Source of the DNA: Planctomycetota bacterium
Lineage (GTDB): Bacteria; Planctomycetota; SZUA-567; H5-PLA8
Assembly (NCBI GenBank): GCA_045863855.1
Contig: BTVV01000071.1
Coordinates: 1-30,596 of the forward strand
Length of the DNA stretch: 30,596 bases
Direction of reading: 5' to 3'
In this document: in pieces, positions 9,375 through 18,328 of the stretch
How positions within the stretch are numbered: position 1 is the first letter of the stretch
Layout of the letters: each line of letters begins with the position of its first letter
Made by a program: the position numbers and the translations under genes
The notes under the pieces: model-generated
What the model was told of the DNA's origin: nothing
What the model saw: the letters and a program-made list of their open reading frames with translations, nothing else
Databases searched by the model: none

Positions 9375-12300
9375 CTACTTCCGATAGTGCTCCAAGAGCT
9401 TCCGGATCGATCCTTCCTTGTCGTTCGCGTCGTACGCCACGCCCAGCTTCTCGAAATGCTTCGCCAGCCCTTCCCCGCGATCCATGCTATACAGAATATC
9501 GCGCGGTTCGATCCCCACGTCGCGCAGCTTATCCATCCACTGCTTGCCCTGAACCTTATGCGTGTTCGAGAACCCAAAGCGGTTGGCGCTCAGCCCGTAA
9601 ATCTCGCCGTAGTTCAGGTCCGCGACGAACTTCTCGTACTGCGCCGCCGTCAACTCGGGCTTCGAGAGCGGCGGGCGCCAGCCGTCGTGGAAGCTCAGCT
9701 CGCAGATCCCGTGCAGGCCCTTTGCCGCCGCGGCTACCTCGACCGGCGCGGCCGCCGCGCTATGGAATTGGATCTCCAGCAGCCCGCTTTCGAGGTTCAC
9801 GCGCACGCTCTGCCGCGCGGCGAAGTCCGTTCCGCGCAGCACCCGCGCCGTCACGCCCCACGCCGGCTTGGCCCCGCGGTCCGTCACGTCCAGCCAGTTC
9901 GGCGCGCCTTCGCCCGAATCCACGCAGACCGGCGCGACGTTATCTTCCGAGGCGTGCCAGACGCGGTAGCCGTTGCCGGGGCCGACTTCCAGCCCCGCGC
10001 GCCGCCAGAGCGGCCAGTGCGGCTGGTTTTCGCGTCCTTCCATCGCCGCCAGCCAGGACGGAATCTGCTCGTCGTTCTGGTTCAAGCGCGTCCGCTCGAG
10101 CCGGAAAGCGCCCGGCCGTGTCACCGTCAGCGCGTGGCCGTTCCCGCTCAGCTTCAAGGGCACGCGAACGCCCCAGTGCGCCACGCGCCCCGAACCGGCC
10201 GGAACCTGGCAGCTCACCGCGATCCGCACCGCCGGCGCGCCGTCCACCGTGACGGCCTGCATCCGGGCGCTCACTTGGGCCGGACCCGCCGCCCCTTTTG
10301 CGGCCAGCGCGCCTTCGCCGCCCTCGCCCAGCGCTTCCCACTTCGCTGCGTGTTCCGCGTACGCGCTCGCCAGCCGCGGGTCGTCGGCATGGGCGCCCGC
10401 CAGCGCCACGTACGCCTGGATCGGCGCCGCCAGCGGCTGCGCGCCGCCGACGTCCACGCCGTCGGCCAAGCCCGTTTTGGCGGTCCACTTCGCCGCGCCG
10501 GCCTCGAGCGCTCCGCCGTCCGCGCCCTTCGGCGCCGGAAGTCCGGCCGCCGGGAAGGCCGCTTCGTTCGGCTGCTGTGCGCCGCCCGGCGCGTACCAGT
10601 CTTTCGGGGCGCGCGCCGGCCACGCCGCCGGGAAGGCCTGCGCTTGCGGCCATTCGGTTCCGGAGGCCGCGCTCAATACGCCCAGCGCGTAGGGGTAGTC
10701 CCGCGTCTCGCCCGCTTTCAGGTTCGCCGTCCGAGGGCCCGCGTGTCCGGGCCACTGCGCCGGAGGCAGCGCGCTGAGCGAGGTGTCCCGCGCGTGGTTC
10801 AATTCGCTGAGCGTGCTTTCGAGCTTCGCCTTCAGGGAGGGGTCTTTGCTGAAGCGGTAGGCCATGGCGATGGCGTACAGGAACGCCGCGCTGTCCTTTT
10901 CCGCCGCGCCGCGCTTGCCCAGCTCCACCACGCGCTGCTTGAACGATTCGTCTCCCGCAAGGTCCGCGTATTCGCCCGCCGCGTTAAAGAGGCCGAACGA
11001 AGGCCCGTAGCCCAGGCCCTTGCCCGCCGCCGGCGGCACCAACCCGCTCGTGTCGAGCATCTTCCCGCAGGCATCGAGGTACTTTTTCTCGCCCGTCGTC
11101 TCGTGCTTCCACAAGAGCGCGTTCGCCCCGCTGCCTTGCCCGTCGCTCCCCCCGCTGTTGCACAACCGCGAGCCCGATCCGTTGGTGTATTGCCACGCCG
11201 CGTCGCTCACGATCTCCAGCCCGTCCGCGATCACGCCGTCGCCGGTGAGCAGATGCAGGATGCGCTGGCCCACGGGGTAACTCCCGCGCATCCCGATGTA
11301 CGGGCAGCCGAAGGGCTGGACGTTGTGCCGGTGGCTGCTCCCTTTGGCCACCCACCAGCCTTGCGCGTTCTCCATCTGATACTCGGTGTGCACCATGTTC
11401 GTGTCGTAGTTGACCCGATTGAAGGCGTCGCCGGCTTCGAAATAGCGCCGTTCGCCGGTGCGGAGGTACTGGAGCATCAGGATGTGCCCGATCCGGCCGG
11501 CGCCGTCGTTCAGCGCCCAGCCCCAGCGCCCGTAGTCGTTGTCCCAGCGGTCGTGCCGGTGCACCTGACCGAAGCGCGACTGCCAGTTGCCGTATTCGAG
11601 CTTGCCGTGCCAGCGGTACAGGTCCTGGCAGAAGAGATGAAAATCCAGTTCGCGCCGCGTCCCCGCCTCCAGCGCCGCGAACGGGCCGCTCGACTGTTCC
11701 GGCGCGAACGGGCCCAGCGCTTCGCTCTTGGCGTACCAACCCGGCGCCGCCGCCAGCAGCGCCCGCCCGCTCAAAGCCTGCGCCGCCGCCGCGCGGTCGC
11801 CCCCGTCGAAGCTCATCGCAAAGCGGTGGCTCTTGGCGATGCCGTACGCCGCCACCTGAGCGAAGTTCTTGGCTTGCTCGGGTTTACGCGGATCGTAGCT
11901 CTCGCCCACCGCGTACTCCCGCGCGTAGCGCCGCAGGTCGAAGACGCCCGCCTCGCGCGGCCAGAACTCGATCCACGCCGCCCCGTCGCGCGCCGCGATC
12001 CCGCACGGCCGTTCGTACCAGCCGTCGCGGATCAGGCCCATGCCCGCCGCCGTCGGCGCCCAGCACAGCCGATCCTGCTTGGCCGGAGCCTTGAGGCCGG
12101 CGGCGCTCGATTCCAGATTGAGGCCCGGCTCCAGCGTCAGCGTCCCGCGTTCGCCCGCCTGCCCCGGCCAGACCAGCGCCCAGTTGGCGATGAAGTCGTT
12201 GTCCGGCTCGCCGGCAAAGACGATCTGGTGCTCGCCGTAGACGATCCCCGTCCCGCGGTAGAAGTGCAGGCGCAGCGAGAAGGGCAGTTGGCCCGTCTCC

Positions 12301-13022
12301 GCGCGCTCGCGCAGCTTCGCCGGGAGCGTCGCGCCCAGGCGCTTAAAGGCCGCGTGCCCGCGCAGGAGCACCGTGGCGCGGACCGGGCCGGCCGATTCGA
12401 CGGATACGTCGTCGAGCACGATTGCGCCGCGTTCCATCTGCGCTTGCGGATCGCGGCAGACGTAATTCAGCACCGGCAGCGTCTCGCCGCCGCGAGCCGT
12501 CCCGTTCTCCGTGCGCAGCGTGTCCAGGACCAGCTTCACGGGCTGCTCCGGCGTGGCGATGGCCTTTCCCTTAATACTCAACTCGTCCAGCACCGCCGGC
12601 GTGGCTTTGTTCACGCGAGCGGCGATGCCGCCGCCGCTCACCACGGCGTCCGCCCCGTCGAGCTTCGCGGCGATCGGGTCGCTCACCGACGCACGCGTCA
12701 CGCCCGCGCCGAACTCCAACGCCAGGTCTTTCGCGTTCCCGGCCAGAACCGTTTCAACCAGAACCCATTTCACGCTTCCGTCGGGCCAGGCCGCCGTGCG
12801 CGTGATCTGGCTGGGGATTTCCTGCCCGCCTTGGAGCAGCCGAACGGCGTCGGCCGATGCGAGGGTTCCGCGTGCGAAAGGCACCCCTCCGGCGACCGGA
12901 ACCGCCACCGCCGGCGGCGCGCCGTCGGGCAGGCTCAGGCGCAGCGGCACGCGTTCGGCGGCGCAAAGGGCGCCTCCGCACCATGCCGCAAGTCCCAGCG
13001 CCAGAAGAGTTAATCGTAGCAT
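9375..13022 (-). CDS. Large secreted protein, PcRGLX/YetA-like (PL26 exo-rhamnogalacturonan lyase-related), with an extra C-terminal beta domain
   Basis: Signal peptide MLRLTLLALGLAAWCGGALCA. N-terminal 'PV.GGVPF.RG' and 'WPDGSVKW', then 'GPVRATV', 'FWP.....DLRRY', 'WHGKLEYGNW', 'YGRWGWALND', 'QYLRTGERRYF' and 'GSSHRHN'. GAGG SD before ATG 13022. Confidence 0.75.
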   Translation of the reverse strand: MLRLTLLALGLAAWCGGALCAAERVPLRLSLPDGAPPAVAVPVAGGVPFARGTLASADAVRLLQGGQEIPSQITRTAAWPDGSVKWVLVETVLAGNAKDLALEFGAGVTRASVSDPIAAKLDGADAVVSGGGIAARVNKATPAVLDELSIKGKAIATPEQPVKLVLDTLRTENGTARGGETLPVLNYVCRDPQAQMERGAIVLDDVSVESAGPVRATVLLRGHAAFKRLGATLPAKLRERAETGQLPFSLRLHFYRGTGIVYGEHQIVFAGEPDNDFIANWALVWPGQAGERGTLTLEPGLNLESSAAGLKAPAKQDRLCWAPTAAGMGLIRDGWYERPCGIAARDGAAWIEFWPREAGVFDLRRYAREYAVGESYDPRKPEQAKNFAQVAAYGIAKSHRFAMSFDGGDRAAAAQALSGRALLAAAPGWYAKSEALGPFAPEQSSGPFAALEAGTRRELDFHLFCQDLYRWHGKLEYGNWQSRFGQVHRHDRWDNDYGRWGWALNDGAGRIGHILMLQYLRTGERRYFEAGDAFNRVNYDTNMVHTEYQMENAQGWWVAKGSSHRHNVQPFGCPYIGMRGSYPVGQRILHLLTGDGVIADGLEIVSDAAWQYTNGSGSRLCNSGGSDGQGSGANALLWKHETTGEKKYLDACGKMLDTSGLVPPAAGKGLGYGPSFGLFNAAGEYADLAGDESFKQRVVELGKRGAAEKDSAAFLYAIAMAYRFSKDPSLKAKLESTLSELNHARDTSLSALPPAQWPGHAGPRTANLKAGETRDYPYALGVLSAASGTEWPQAQAFPAAWPARAPKDWYAPGGAQQPNEAAFPAAGLPAPKGADGGALEAGAAKWTAKTGLADGVDVGGAQPLAAPIQAYVALAGAHADDPRLASAYAEHAAKWEALGEGGEGALAAKGAAGPAQVSARMQAVTVDGAPAVRIAVSCQVPAGSGRVAHWGVRVPLKLSGNGHALTVTRPGAFRLERTRLNQNDEQIPSWLAAMEGRENQPHWPLWRRAGLEVGPGNGYRVWHASEDNVAPVCVDSGEGAPNWLDVTDRGAKPAWGVTARVLRGTDFAARQSVRVNLESGLLEIQFHSAAAAPVEVAAAAKGLHGICELSFHDGWRPPLSKPELTAAQYEKFVADLNYGEIYGLSANRFGFSNTHKVQGKQWMDKLRDVGIEPRDILYSMDRGEGLAKHFEKLGVAYDANDKEGSIRKLLEHYRK

Positions 13023-13051
13023 GTGCGGTCCTCGCTTGAAGCACTTGGATA

Positions 13052-13067
13052 ACTGCATGTATGCAGT
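13052..13067. promoter_or_regulatory. Palindromic operator candidate ACTGCAT-GT-ATGCAGT upstream of the PL26-like gene
   Basis: Perfect 7-bp arms. The core TGCATGTATGCAG recurs at 14638-14650, upstream of the adjacent regulator. Confidence 0.7.
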
Positions 13068-13073
13068 CATGCT

Positions 13074-13087
13074 GTGGTCTACACCAG
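13074..13087. promoter_or_regulatory. Second operator candidate GTGGTCTACACCAG, resembling DasR/NagR (GntR-HutC) dre sites
   Basis: TGGTCTACACCA differs by one base from the palindrome TGGTCTAGACCA, the known dre core. Confidence 0.4.
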
Positions 13088-13167
13088 CTCATTCGGAGCG
13101 CGCATGGAAAAGTACGATTCGCGTCCGAGCCTTCTGCCAACCTTTGACTATCCAACGAGTTAAAGAT

Positions 13168-14622
13168 TCATTCCGCGGCTTGCAGTCCGGCTTCGCCGCC
13201 GTGGTCCAGCAGTTCTTGCAGGATCGCCCCGGCCTCCTTCACGACCGCTTCGGTGGGGGCGTCGGTGGTAAAGAGCGCCGAGAGCGCCCAGTTGGCTTTG
13301 GCGTACAGGGCCGGCTGGCGCGCCTCGTAAATCAAACGCCCCGCGCTCAAGGTCCGCTCGAACTCCGCCGTTATCGCATCGCGTTCCCAAGCCGCCGGAA
13401 GCGCGGCCAGCCGGTAGCCTTGGGCCGACAGATCGCGAGCTGCGTCCAGGCCGGTGAGCGCGCGCAAGAGCGTCCAGACGCGCGGGTCGTGCTCCGCGCG
13501 CTTGTGCACACACAGCCCTTCGCTGAAAAAGACCGTCGCTCCGGGCGCCGGGAATGCGCCCCGGCATTCCGCCGGGCCGCTGGGCAGTGGCGCCACACTC
13601 CAGGCTTCGCCTTCCGGACACGTGGCCGGTTCGGAACGCAGCCGCGCCGCCAGGTGCCCGCCCCAGATCAGCATCGCCACTTCGCCGCGCGCGAAGCGTT
13701 CGAAGGCGGAATGGGAGCCTTCGCCGCGAATGCGCAGGTCGGCCGGGCCCAGGACATACAGTTCGCGGTAAAAGGCCAGCGCCCGTAGCGTGGGCGGCGT
13801 GTCGAGCAGGCACTGCCGGGCCGCATGATCCCATAGCCCGCCACCCGACTGCCAGAGGTACGGCATCAGGTGGCTGATCGCCGGGACGATGCCCAAGCCC
13901 ATCCGCCCGTGCTGGGAATCGTTCAGCGCCACGGCCGCCGCGCGCAAGTCGTCCCAAGTCCAGGCGGCCGAAGGTTCGGCCAGCCCCGCCGCACGAAATA
14001 GATCGCGCCGGAAGTACAGCACGCACGCGGCAAAGCTGCGCGGCATACCGACTTGGCGTCCTTCGTGGCGAAAGAGTTCTAACGCTTGGGGATGCGGGCA
14101 GTCTTTTTCGGGCAGCGCCGCGGTATAGGCGTCCAACGGCGCCGCGCGTTGGGCTACGGCCCAGGAGTGATTCCCGATCGTCCGGAAGATATCGGCTTCG
14201 CCGGCCCGGTCGCCGTCCTCCACCCGCACGCGGATCTCGGGATGCTCGCGCGCGAAGCGTTCCAGAATCGCGCTGACTTGCAGGTGGTCCATCGGCGGAA
14301 ACGGCCCGCCCAGCGTCACCTCGTCCCGCGATGCGGCCGCGGAGGCCGCCGAGGCCGGCTTCTCTTTAAGGAAGGTGCCTTTGCCTTGGCGGCGTTCGAG
14401 GACGCCTTCGTGCGCCAGTTCGCGCAGGGCGCGTGTCACCGTCGGGTAGCTCATCTTGTGCGTGCGCATCAGTTCGCGCTCGCTGGGTAAGCGCGCGCCG
14501 GGCTGGAGGTTCTGTTCGCGGATGGACGTGCGCAGCAGGTCCATCAGTTGGAGATACAGCGGGCGCGGATCGGGCGGCTCTTTGCGGCGGGGCATCTTGG
14601 GAACGGACTTGGGACGAGCCAT
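13168..14622 (-). CDS. GntR-family transcriptional regulator fused to a sugar-type solute-binding (SBP family 1) domain
   Basis: wHTH 'PLYLQL...LR..I....LQPGARLPSERELM....SYPTVTRALREL..EGVL.RRQGKGTF'. SBP motifs 'F...HPEI.V', 'GMP.......LYFRRDLF..AGL..P...WTWDDL' and 'F.RGEVAM'. No signal peptide. Confidence 0.9.
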   Translation of the reverse strand: MARPKSVPKMPRRKEPPDPRPLYLQLMDLLRTSIREQNLQPGARLPSERELMRTHKMSYPTVTRALRELAHEGVLERRQGKGTFLKEKPASAASAAASRDEVTLGGPFPPMDHLQVSAILERFAREHPEIRVRVEDGDRAGEADIFRTIGNHSWAVAQRAAPLDAYTAALPEKDCPHPQALELFRHEGRQVGMPRSFAACVLYFRRDLFRAAGLAEPSAAWTWDDLRAAAVALNDSQHGRMGLGIVPAISHLMPYLWQSGGGLWDHAARQCLLDTPPTLRALAFYRELYVLGPADLRIRGEGSHSAFERFARGEVAMLIWGGHLAARLRSEPATCPEGEAWSVAPLPSGPAECRGAFPAPGATVFFSEGLCVHKRAEHDPRVWTLLRALTGLDAARDLSAQGYRLAALPAAWERDAITAEFERTLSAGRLIYEARQPALYAKANWALSALFTTDAPTEAVVKEAGAILQELLDHGGEAGLQAAE

Positions 14623-14637
14623 AACCCGGCGCCTCGG

Positions 14638-14650
14638 TGCATGTATGCAG
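14638..14650. promoter_or_regulatory. Palindromic operator candidate TGCATGTATGCA(G), probably autoregulatory
   Basis: Lies 15 nt upstream of the regulator's ATG and is identical to 13054-13066. Confidence 0.7.
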
Positions 14651-14670
14651 GTAGCTTAACGCAGCCGGGG

Positions 14671-14702
14671 GGATTTTTGGATTCTCGATTTTGGATTTTG
14701 GA
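14671..14702. repeat. Degenerate heptamer tandem repeat (TGGATTT-like)
   Basis: GGATTTT-TGGATTC-TCGATTT-TGGATTT-TGGA in an intergenic region. Confidence 0.5.
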
Positions 14703-14730
14703 GGACGGAACCCGCGGGCGCTGCAATCTG

Positions 14731-15315
14731 CTATCGTTTGCGCACGATCGAGCAGCCGCCTTCCGGAGTCTCGGAGGGATCGACGATCTGCTTGTTGAGC
14801 AAGGCTTTAAGCGCATTTTCCGTATAAGCTTTCTGCGCGCCCGCATGGAGCCGCCCGCGGTAACGCAGCTTGCCGTCGCCGTCGATGACGATCGCGGTGG
14901 TGGTCGTCGCGATGCGGAACAGGTCGGCCACTTTGGCGCCTGGATCGAGCAAGACGGGCAAGGACAAGTCTTTACGGTGTTCGAGAAAACGCTTCACGTC
15001 GGCGGCGCTGTCGTCGGCGTTCGCGTCCAGCGCGTAGATCGCCGCTTGAGCCTGGTAAGTCTTGGCCAACTTCGCGATATCGGCTTCGAACTGTCGGCAA
15101 CTGCCGCAGTAGGTGCACCAGAAGACCAGCACCAGCGGGCGTTTAGCTTCGCCCTGCAACTCGCGCCAAGAACGTTCCGCGCCGTCCAAGTCGGCGATTT
15201 TGAAGTCCGGCACGTCCGCGCCAATCGCGAGCTTGGCCGATTCTCCGGCGTGAGCCATGCCGCTTAGCAGCACGAGTGCCGCGATCCAGAATCGAACGGG
15301 CCTGAGTTTCCGCAT
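14731..15315 (-). CDS. Exported redoxin (AhpC/TSA, thioredoxin-fold) protein
   Basis: Signal peptide ending AHA, 'IGADVPDF', 'LVFWCTYCGSC', 'PVLLDP', 'IDGDGKLRYRG' and C-terminal 'GCSI'. Confidence 0.9.
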   Translation of the reverse strand: MRKLRPVRFWIAALVLLSGMAHAGESAKLAIGADVPDFKIADLDGAERSWRELQGEAKRPLVLVFWCTYCGSCRQFEADIAKLAKTYQAQAAIYALDANADDSAADVKRFLEHRKDLSLPVLLDPGAKVADLFRIATTTTAIVIDGDGKLRYRGRLHAGAQKAYTENALKALLNKQIVDPSETPEGGCSIVRKR

Positions 15316-15451
15316 CGTGGGGCTCCGCAGGTGCAGGCGATCAGCGTACTCCAACTTCCGTTCAGGAGCCAGCTTGCGATCGGGAGCGGCGCGGGCTGTC
15401 ATTCGCGCGCGGCATCCGGTAAGCTGCCTGCGGTACTCGGACGCCTTACCC

Positions 15452-16561
15452 ATGCGCTTTCTTTATTCCGATTGGGATCGCCAGAAGGAGCGTCAGGAAC
15501 AGCTCCTTAAAGATCTCTTTAAGCTCTTCCGTGAACTGCTCGCCAAGACCGCCGGCGACGCGGAGCAGGCGCTGGAGTGGCTCGATAAGATCGCGCAGCG
15601 TTACAACATATGGGGCCAGGATTTAGACCTCGAGAAGTTCAAGAAGCTGCTGGAAGGCGACGGGCAGATCAAGCGCGATGGGCCTGCGGGGAAGGCTTCG
15701 CTGACGCCGAAGGGCGAGAAGGCGCTGCGGCACGAGGCGCTGACGGAGATTTTCCGCAACATGAGCGGCGGAGCGGCCGGGGATCACCGCAGCCGCGCGA
15801 CGGGCCCGGGAGTCGAGCGCCAGACCGAGGTGCGTCCGTATACGTTCGGGGACGATCTGTTCAGCATCTCGCCGACCGATTCGCTGAACAATGCGGTGCG
15901 GCGCAGCTTGGGCGAGGGGCAGAGCGAGATTTCGGTAACCGAAGAAGACTTGGCGGTTTACGAGACCGAATTAATCGCGGCGTGCGCCACGGCGCTGCTC
16001 GTCGATTGCAGCCACAGCATGGTGCTCTACGGCGAAGACCGCATGACGCCGGCGCGCAAGGTGGCGATGGGTTTGGTGGAGCTGATCCAGACGCGCTTCC
16101 CGAAGGACAAGCTGATCGTGATCGCCTTCGGCGACGACGCCGTGGAGGTTCCGCTAAAGGAAGTTCCGTATTTGAGTTACGGGCCGTACCACACGAATAC
16201 GAAAGCGGCGATCGAGATGGCGCGGAAGCAGTTGCTCCGCGTGCGCAGCCCCAACCGGCAGATCTTCCTGATCACCGACGGAAAGCCCACGGTGCTCGAC
16301 GAGGACGGCCGGCGGATGATGGATTCGGGTCCGTGGTTGAATCCGCGGATCGTGAACCGGACGCTGGACGAAGCCGCGCAGTGCCGGCGCAAAAACATTC
16401 CCATCACTACCTTTATGGTAACGGACGATCCGGTGCTGGTGCAGTTCGTGGAAGACCTGACCGCGATCAACCACGGCCGCGCGTACTACACGGGGCTGGG
16501 TAAGCTGGGTCAGTTCTTGTTCGTGGACTACGTCCGCAACCGCCGCCGCAGCGTGCGGTGA
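15452..16561 (+). CDS. von Willebrand factor A (vWA) domain protein, Mg-chelatase-associated type
   Basis: MIDAS motif DCSHSM, 'LYGEDR.TPARKVA..L', 'GPYHTNT', 'QIFLITDGKPT', 'TLDEA' and 'G.AYY'. ATG at 15452. Confidence 0.92.
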   Translation: MRFLYSDWDRQKERQEQLLKDLFKLFRELLAKTAGDAEQALEWLDKIAQRYNIWGQDLDLEKFKKLLEGDGQIKRDGPAGKASLTPKGEKALRHEALTEIFRNMSGGAAGDHRSRATGPGVERQTEVRPYTFGDDLFSISPTDSLNNAVRRSLGEGQSEISVTEEDLAVYETELIAACATALLVDCSHSMVLYGEDRMTPARKVAMGLVELIQTRFPKDKLIVIAFGDDAVEVPLKEVPYLSYGPYHTNTKAAIEMARKQLLRVRSPNRQIFLITDGKPTVLDEDGRRMMDSGPWLNPRIVNRTLDEAAQCRRKNIPITTFMVTDDPVLVQFVEDLTAINHGRAYYTGLGKLGQFLFVDYVRNRRRSVR

Positions 16562-16602
16562 AGTTGTTACGTTGGTAAAGATGGGCGCCTGCGCGAAAAT
16601 CG

Positions 16603-16977
16603 ATGGCTATTCGCTTTCAATATAGCTTATATGGGCTCCTCGCGTTCGCAGTCGCAAGTGGCCTGTTTATCGGGCTTCAGTTTGCTGAGTATAATTCACA
16701 AGGGTTTCCGGATCCTACGGTTAGCAACCTAACCGTGGGGCGATTGGTCGAAGGTGAACCGGTCCTTACATATCGATCCAAGCGCGACTTTGGCTGGCCC
16801 AATCGAATCTTGACCCAAATCGAATGTTGGGACGCGCCAACTCAGAACCATTTCTATTGGGAAGGAATTGCAGTCAATGCTCTTATCGGCGGCGGGCTTG
16901 CCGCTGTCATAGGTGTGTTTATTGGTCGATTACCGTTTCATCGGAAAGCTACGAGCAAGGTTAAGAGCCAATCATGA
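16603..16977 (+). CDS. Small membrane protein with RFQYSL..LL motif
   Basis: N-terminal RFQYSLYGLL plus a TM helix, a 'FGWP' motif and a second TM 'IAVNALIG'. Low-GC codon usage. Confidence 0.8.
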   Translation: MAIRFQYSLYGLLAFAVASGLFIGLQFAEYNSQGFPDPTVSNLTVGRLVEGEPVLTYRSKRDFGWPNRILTQIECWDAPTQNHFYWEGIAVNALIGGGLAAVIGVFIGRLPFHRKATSKVKSQS

Positions 16978-17029
16978 ACTCGTCCGGCCAGCCTCGGTGC
17001 TCTCTGCGATCTCTGTGGTGAACAAGACT

Positions 17030-18328
17030 TTATACCGCAGGCGGCTTTTCGGGAACCTCATCGGGCTCGCGGCGAATCACCGCGCCGAGCGAGCGGAGCT
17101 TGCCTTCGAAGTTCTCGTGGCCGCGGTCGACGTGGTAGATGCGGCGGACGTGGGTTTCGCCCTGGGCGCAGAGGCCGGCGATGACGAGCGCCGCACCGGC
17201 GCGCAGGTCGCTGGCCATGACGGGCGCGGCTTGGAGCGGGGTGCCGCCGAGGACGACGCAGGTGTTGTTCACGCGTAAGATCTTGGCGCCCATACGCTTA
17301 AATTCACTGACATGGTGCAGGCGGTCGGGGAAGATGCTGTCGGTGAAGACGCTGGCACCGCGGCCCATGATCGTCAGGGCCATCATCTGCGCTTGTAAGT
17401 CCGTGGGGAATCCCGGGTAAGGCAGGGTGGTCAGTTCCACTTCGCGGATCGGTTCGGCGCCGGAGACAGCGACGGTTTTGCAGTTGCGGTTCAAGCCGAC
17501 ACCGGCCTCGCGGAATTTATCGAAGACCGCTTCTAAGTGTGTGGGATCAATGTTCTTAAAGAGGACTTCCCCGCCCGTAGCGGCGGCGGCCATCATCAGG
17601 GTTGCGGCTTCGATACGGTCGGGAATCACGTCGTGCGCGCAGCCTTCGAGACGCCGCACCCCGCGGATGGTCATGCGGTGCGAGCCCGCGCCGTCGATGG
17701 ACGCGCCCATGGCGATGAGGAAGTTGGCCAGATCGACAATCTCGGGTTCGACGGCGGCGTGTTCGATGACCGTGGTGCCGTCGGCTAAACAGGCTGCCAT
17801 CATGACGTTAGCGGTACCGAGGACGGTGCTGCCGTTGGGTCCGCCGAGGTAGATGTTGGCGCCGCGGAGGCGTTTGGCTTTGGCGATGACGTAGCCGTGT
17901 TCGATTTCGATCTCGGCGCCGAGCGCTCGGAAGCCTTTGAGATGGAGGTCGACCGGCCGGTCGCCGATCGCACAACCTCCGGGGAGGCTTACCTTTGCAT
18001 AACCGCGCTTGGCCAGGAGCGGCCCCAGGACGCAGAAGCTGGCGCGCATCATGCTGACCAGTTCGTAGGGCGCGGTATTGCAGTCTTCGCTGAGCAGTTT
18101 GGTGTGCAGGCGACCGGATTTATCGCGTTCAATCTGCATGCCTAGGACGCCGAGGATCCGGGCCAGGACGTCGACGTCGCGCAGACGAGGGACGCCGCCG
18201 AGGTCGCAAGGTGTTTCAGCCAAAAGAGTTGCGGCGAGAATCGGCAGCGCCGCGTTCTTGGAACCGCTGACGGTGACTTCGCCGTGGAGCGGATGACCGC
18301 CTTCGATGACGAGTTTTTCGAGCGACAT
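17030..18328 (-). CDS. murA: UDP-N-acetylglucosamine 1-carboxyvinyltransferase
   Basis: 'GSKNAALP', 'MRAS', 'LPGGCAIG.RPVDLH' (active-site Cys), 'PDRIEA', 'PYPGFPTDLQ', 'SDLRAGA', 'HVDRG'. Confidence 0.98.
   Translation of the reverse strand: MSLEKLVIEGGHPLHGEVTVSGSKNAALPILAATLLAETPCDLGGVPRLRDVDVLARILGVLGMQIERDKSGRLHTKLLSEDCNTAPYELVSMMRASFCVLGPLLAKRGYAKVSLPGGCAIGDRPVDLHLKGFRALGAEIEIEHGYVIAKAKRLRGANIYLGGPNGSTVLGTANVMMAACLADGTTVIEHAAVEPEIVDLANFLIAMGASIDGAGSHRMTIRGVRRLEGCAHDVIPDRIEAATLMMAAAATGGEVLFKNIDPTHLEAVFDKFREAGVGLNRNCKTVAVSGAEPIREVELTTLPYPGFPTDLQAQMMALTIMGRGASVFTDSIFPDRLHHVSEFKRMGAKILRVNNTCVVLGGTPLQAAPVMASDLRAGAALVIAGLCAQGETHVRRIYHVDRGHENFEGKLRSLGAVIRREPDEVPEKPPAV

Noticed and set aside
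9387..13013. 1208-aa plus-strand ORF, and similar long ORFs at 19976-23599(-), 24701-26890(-), 6499-8829(+) and 28259-30025(-)
   Set aside because: These are antisense shadows of real high-GC genes: Arg/Ala/Pro-rich with no motifs.
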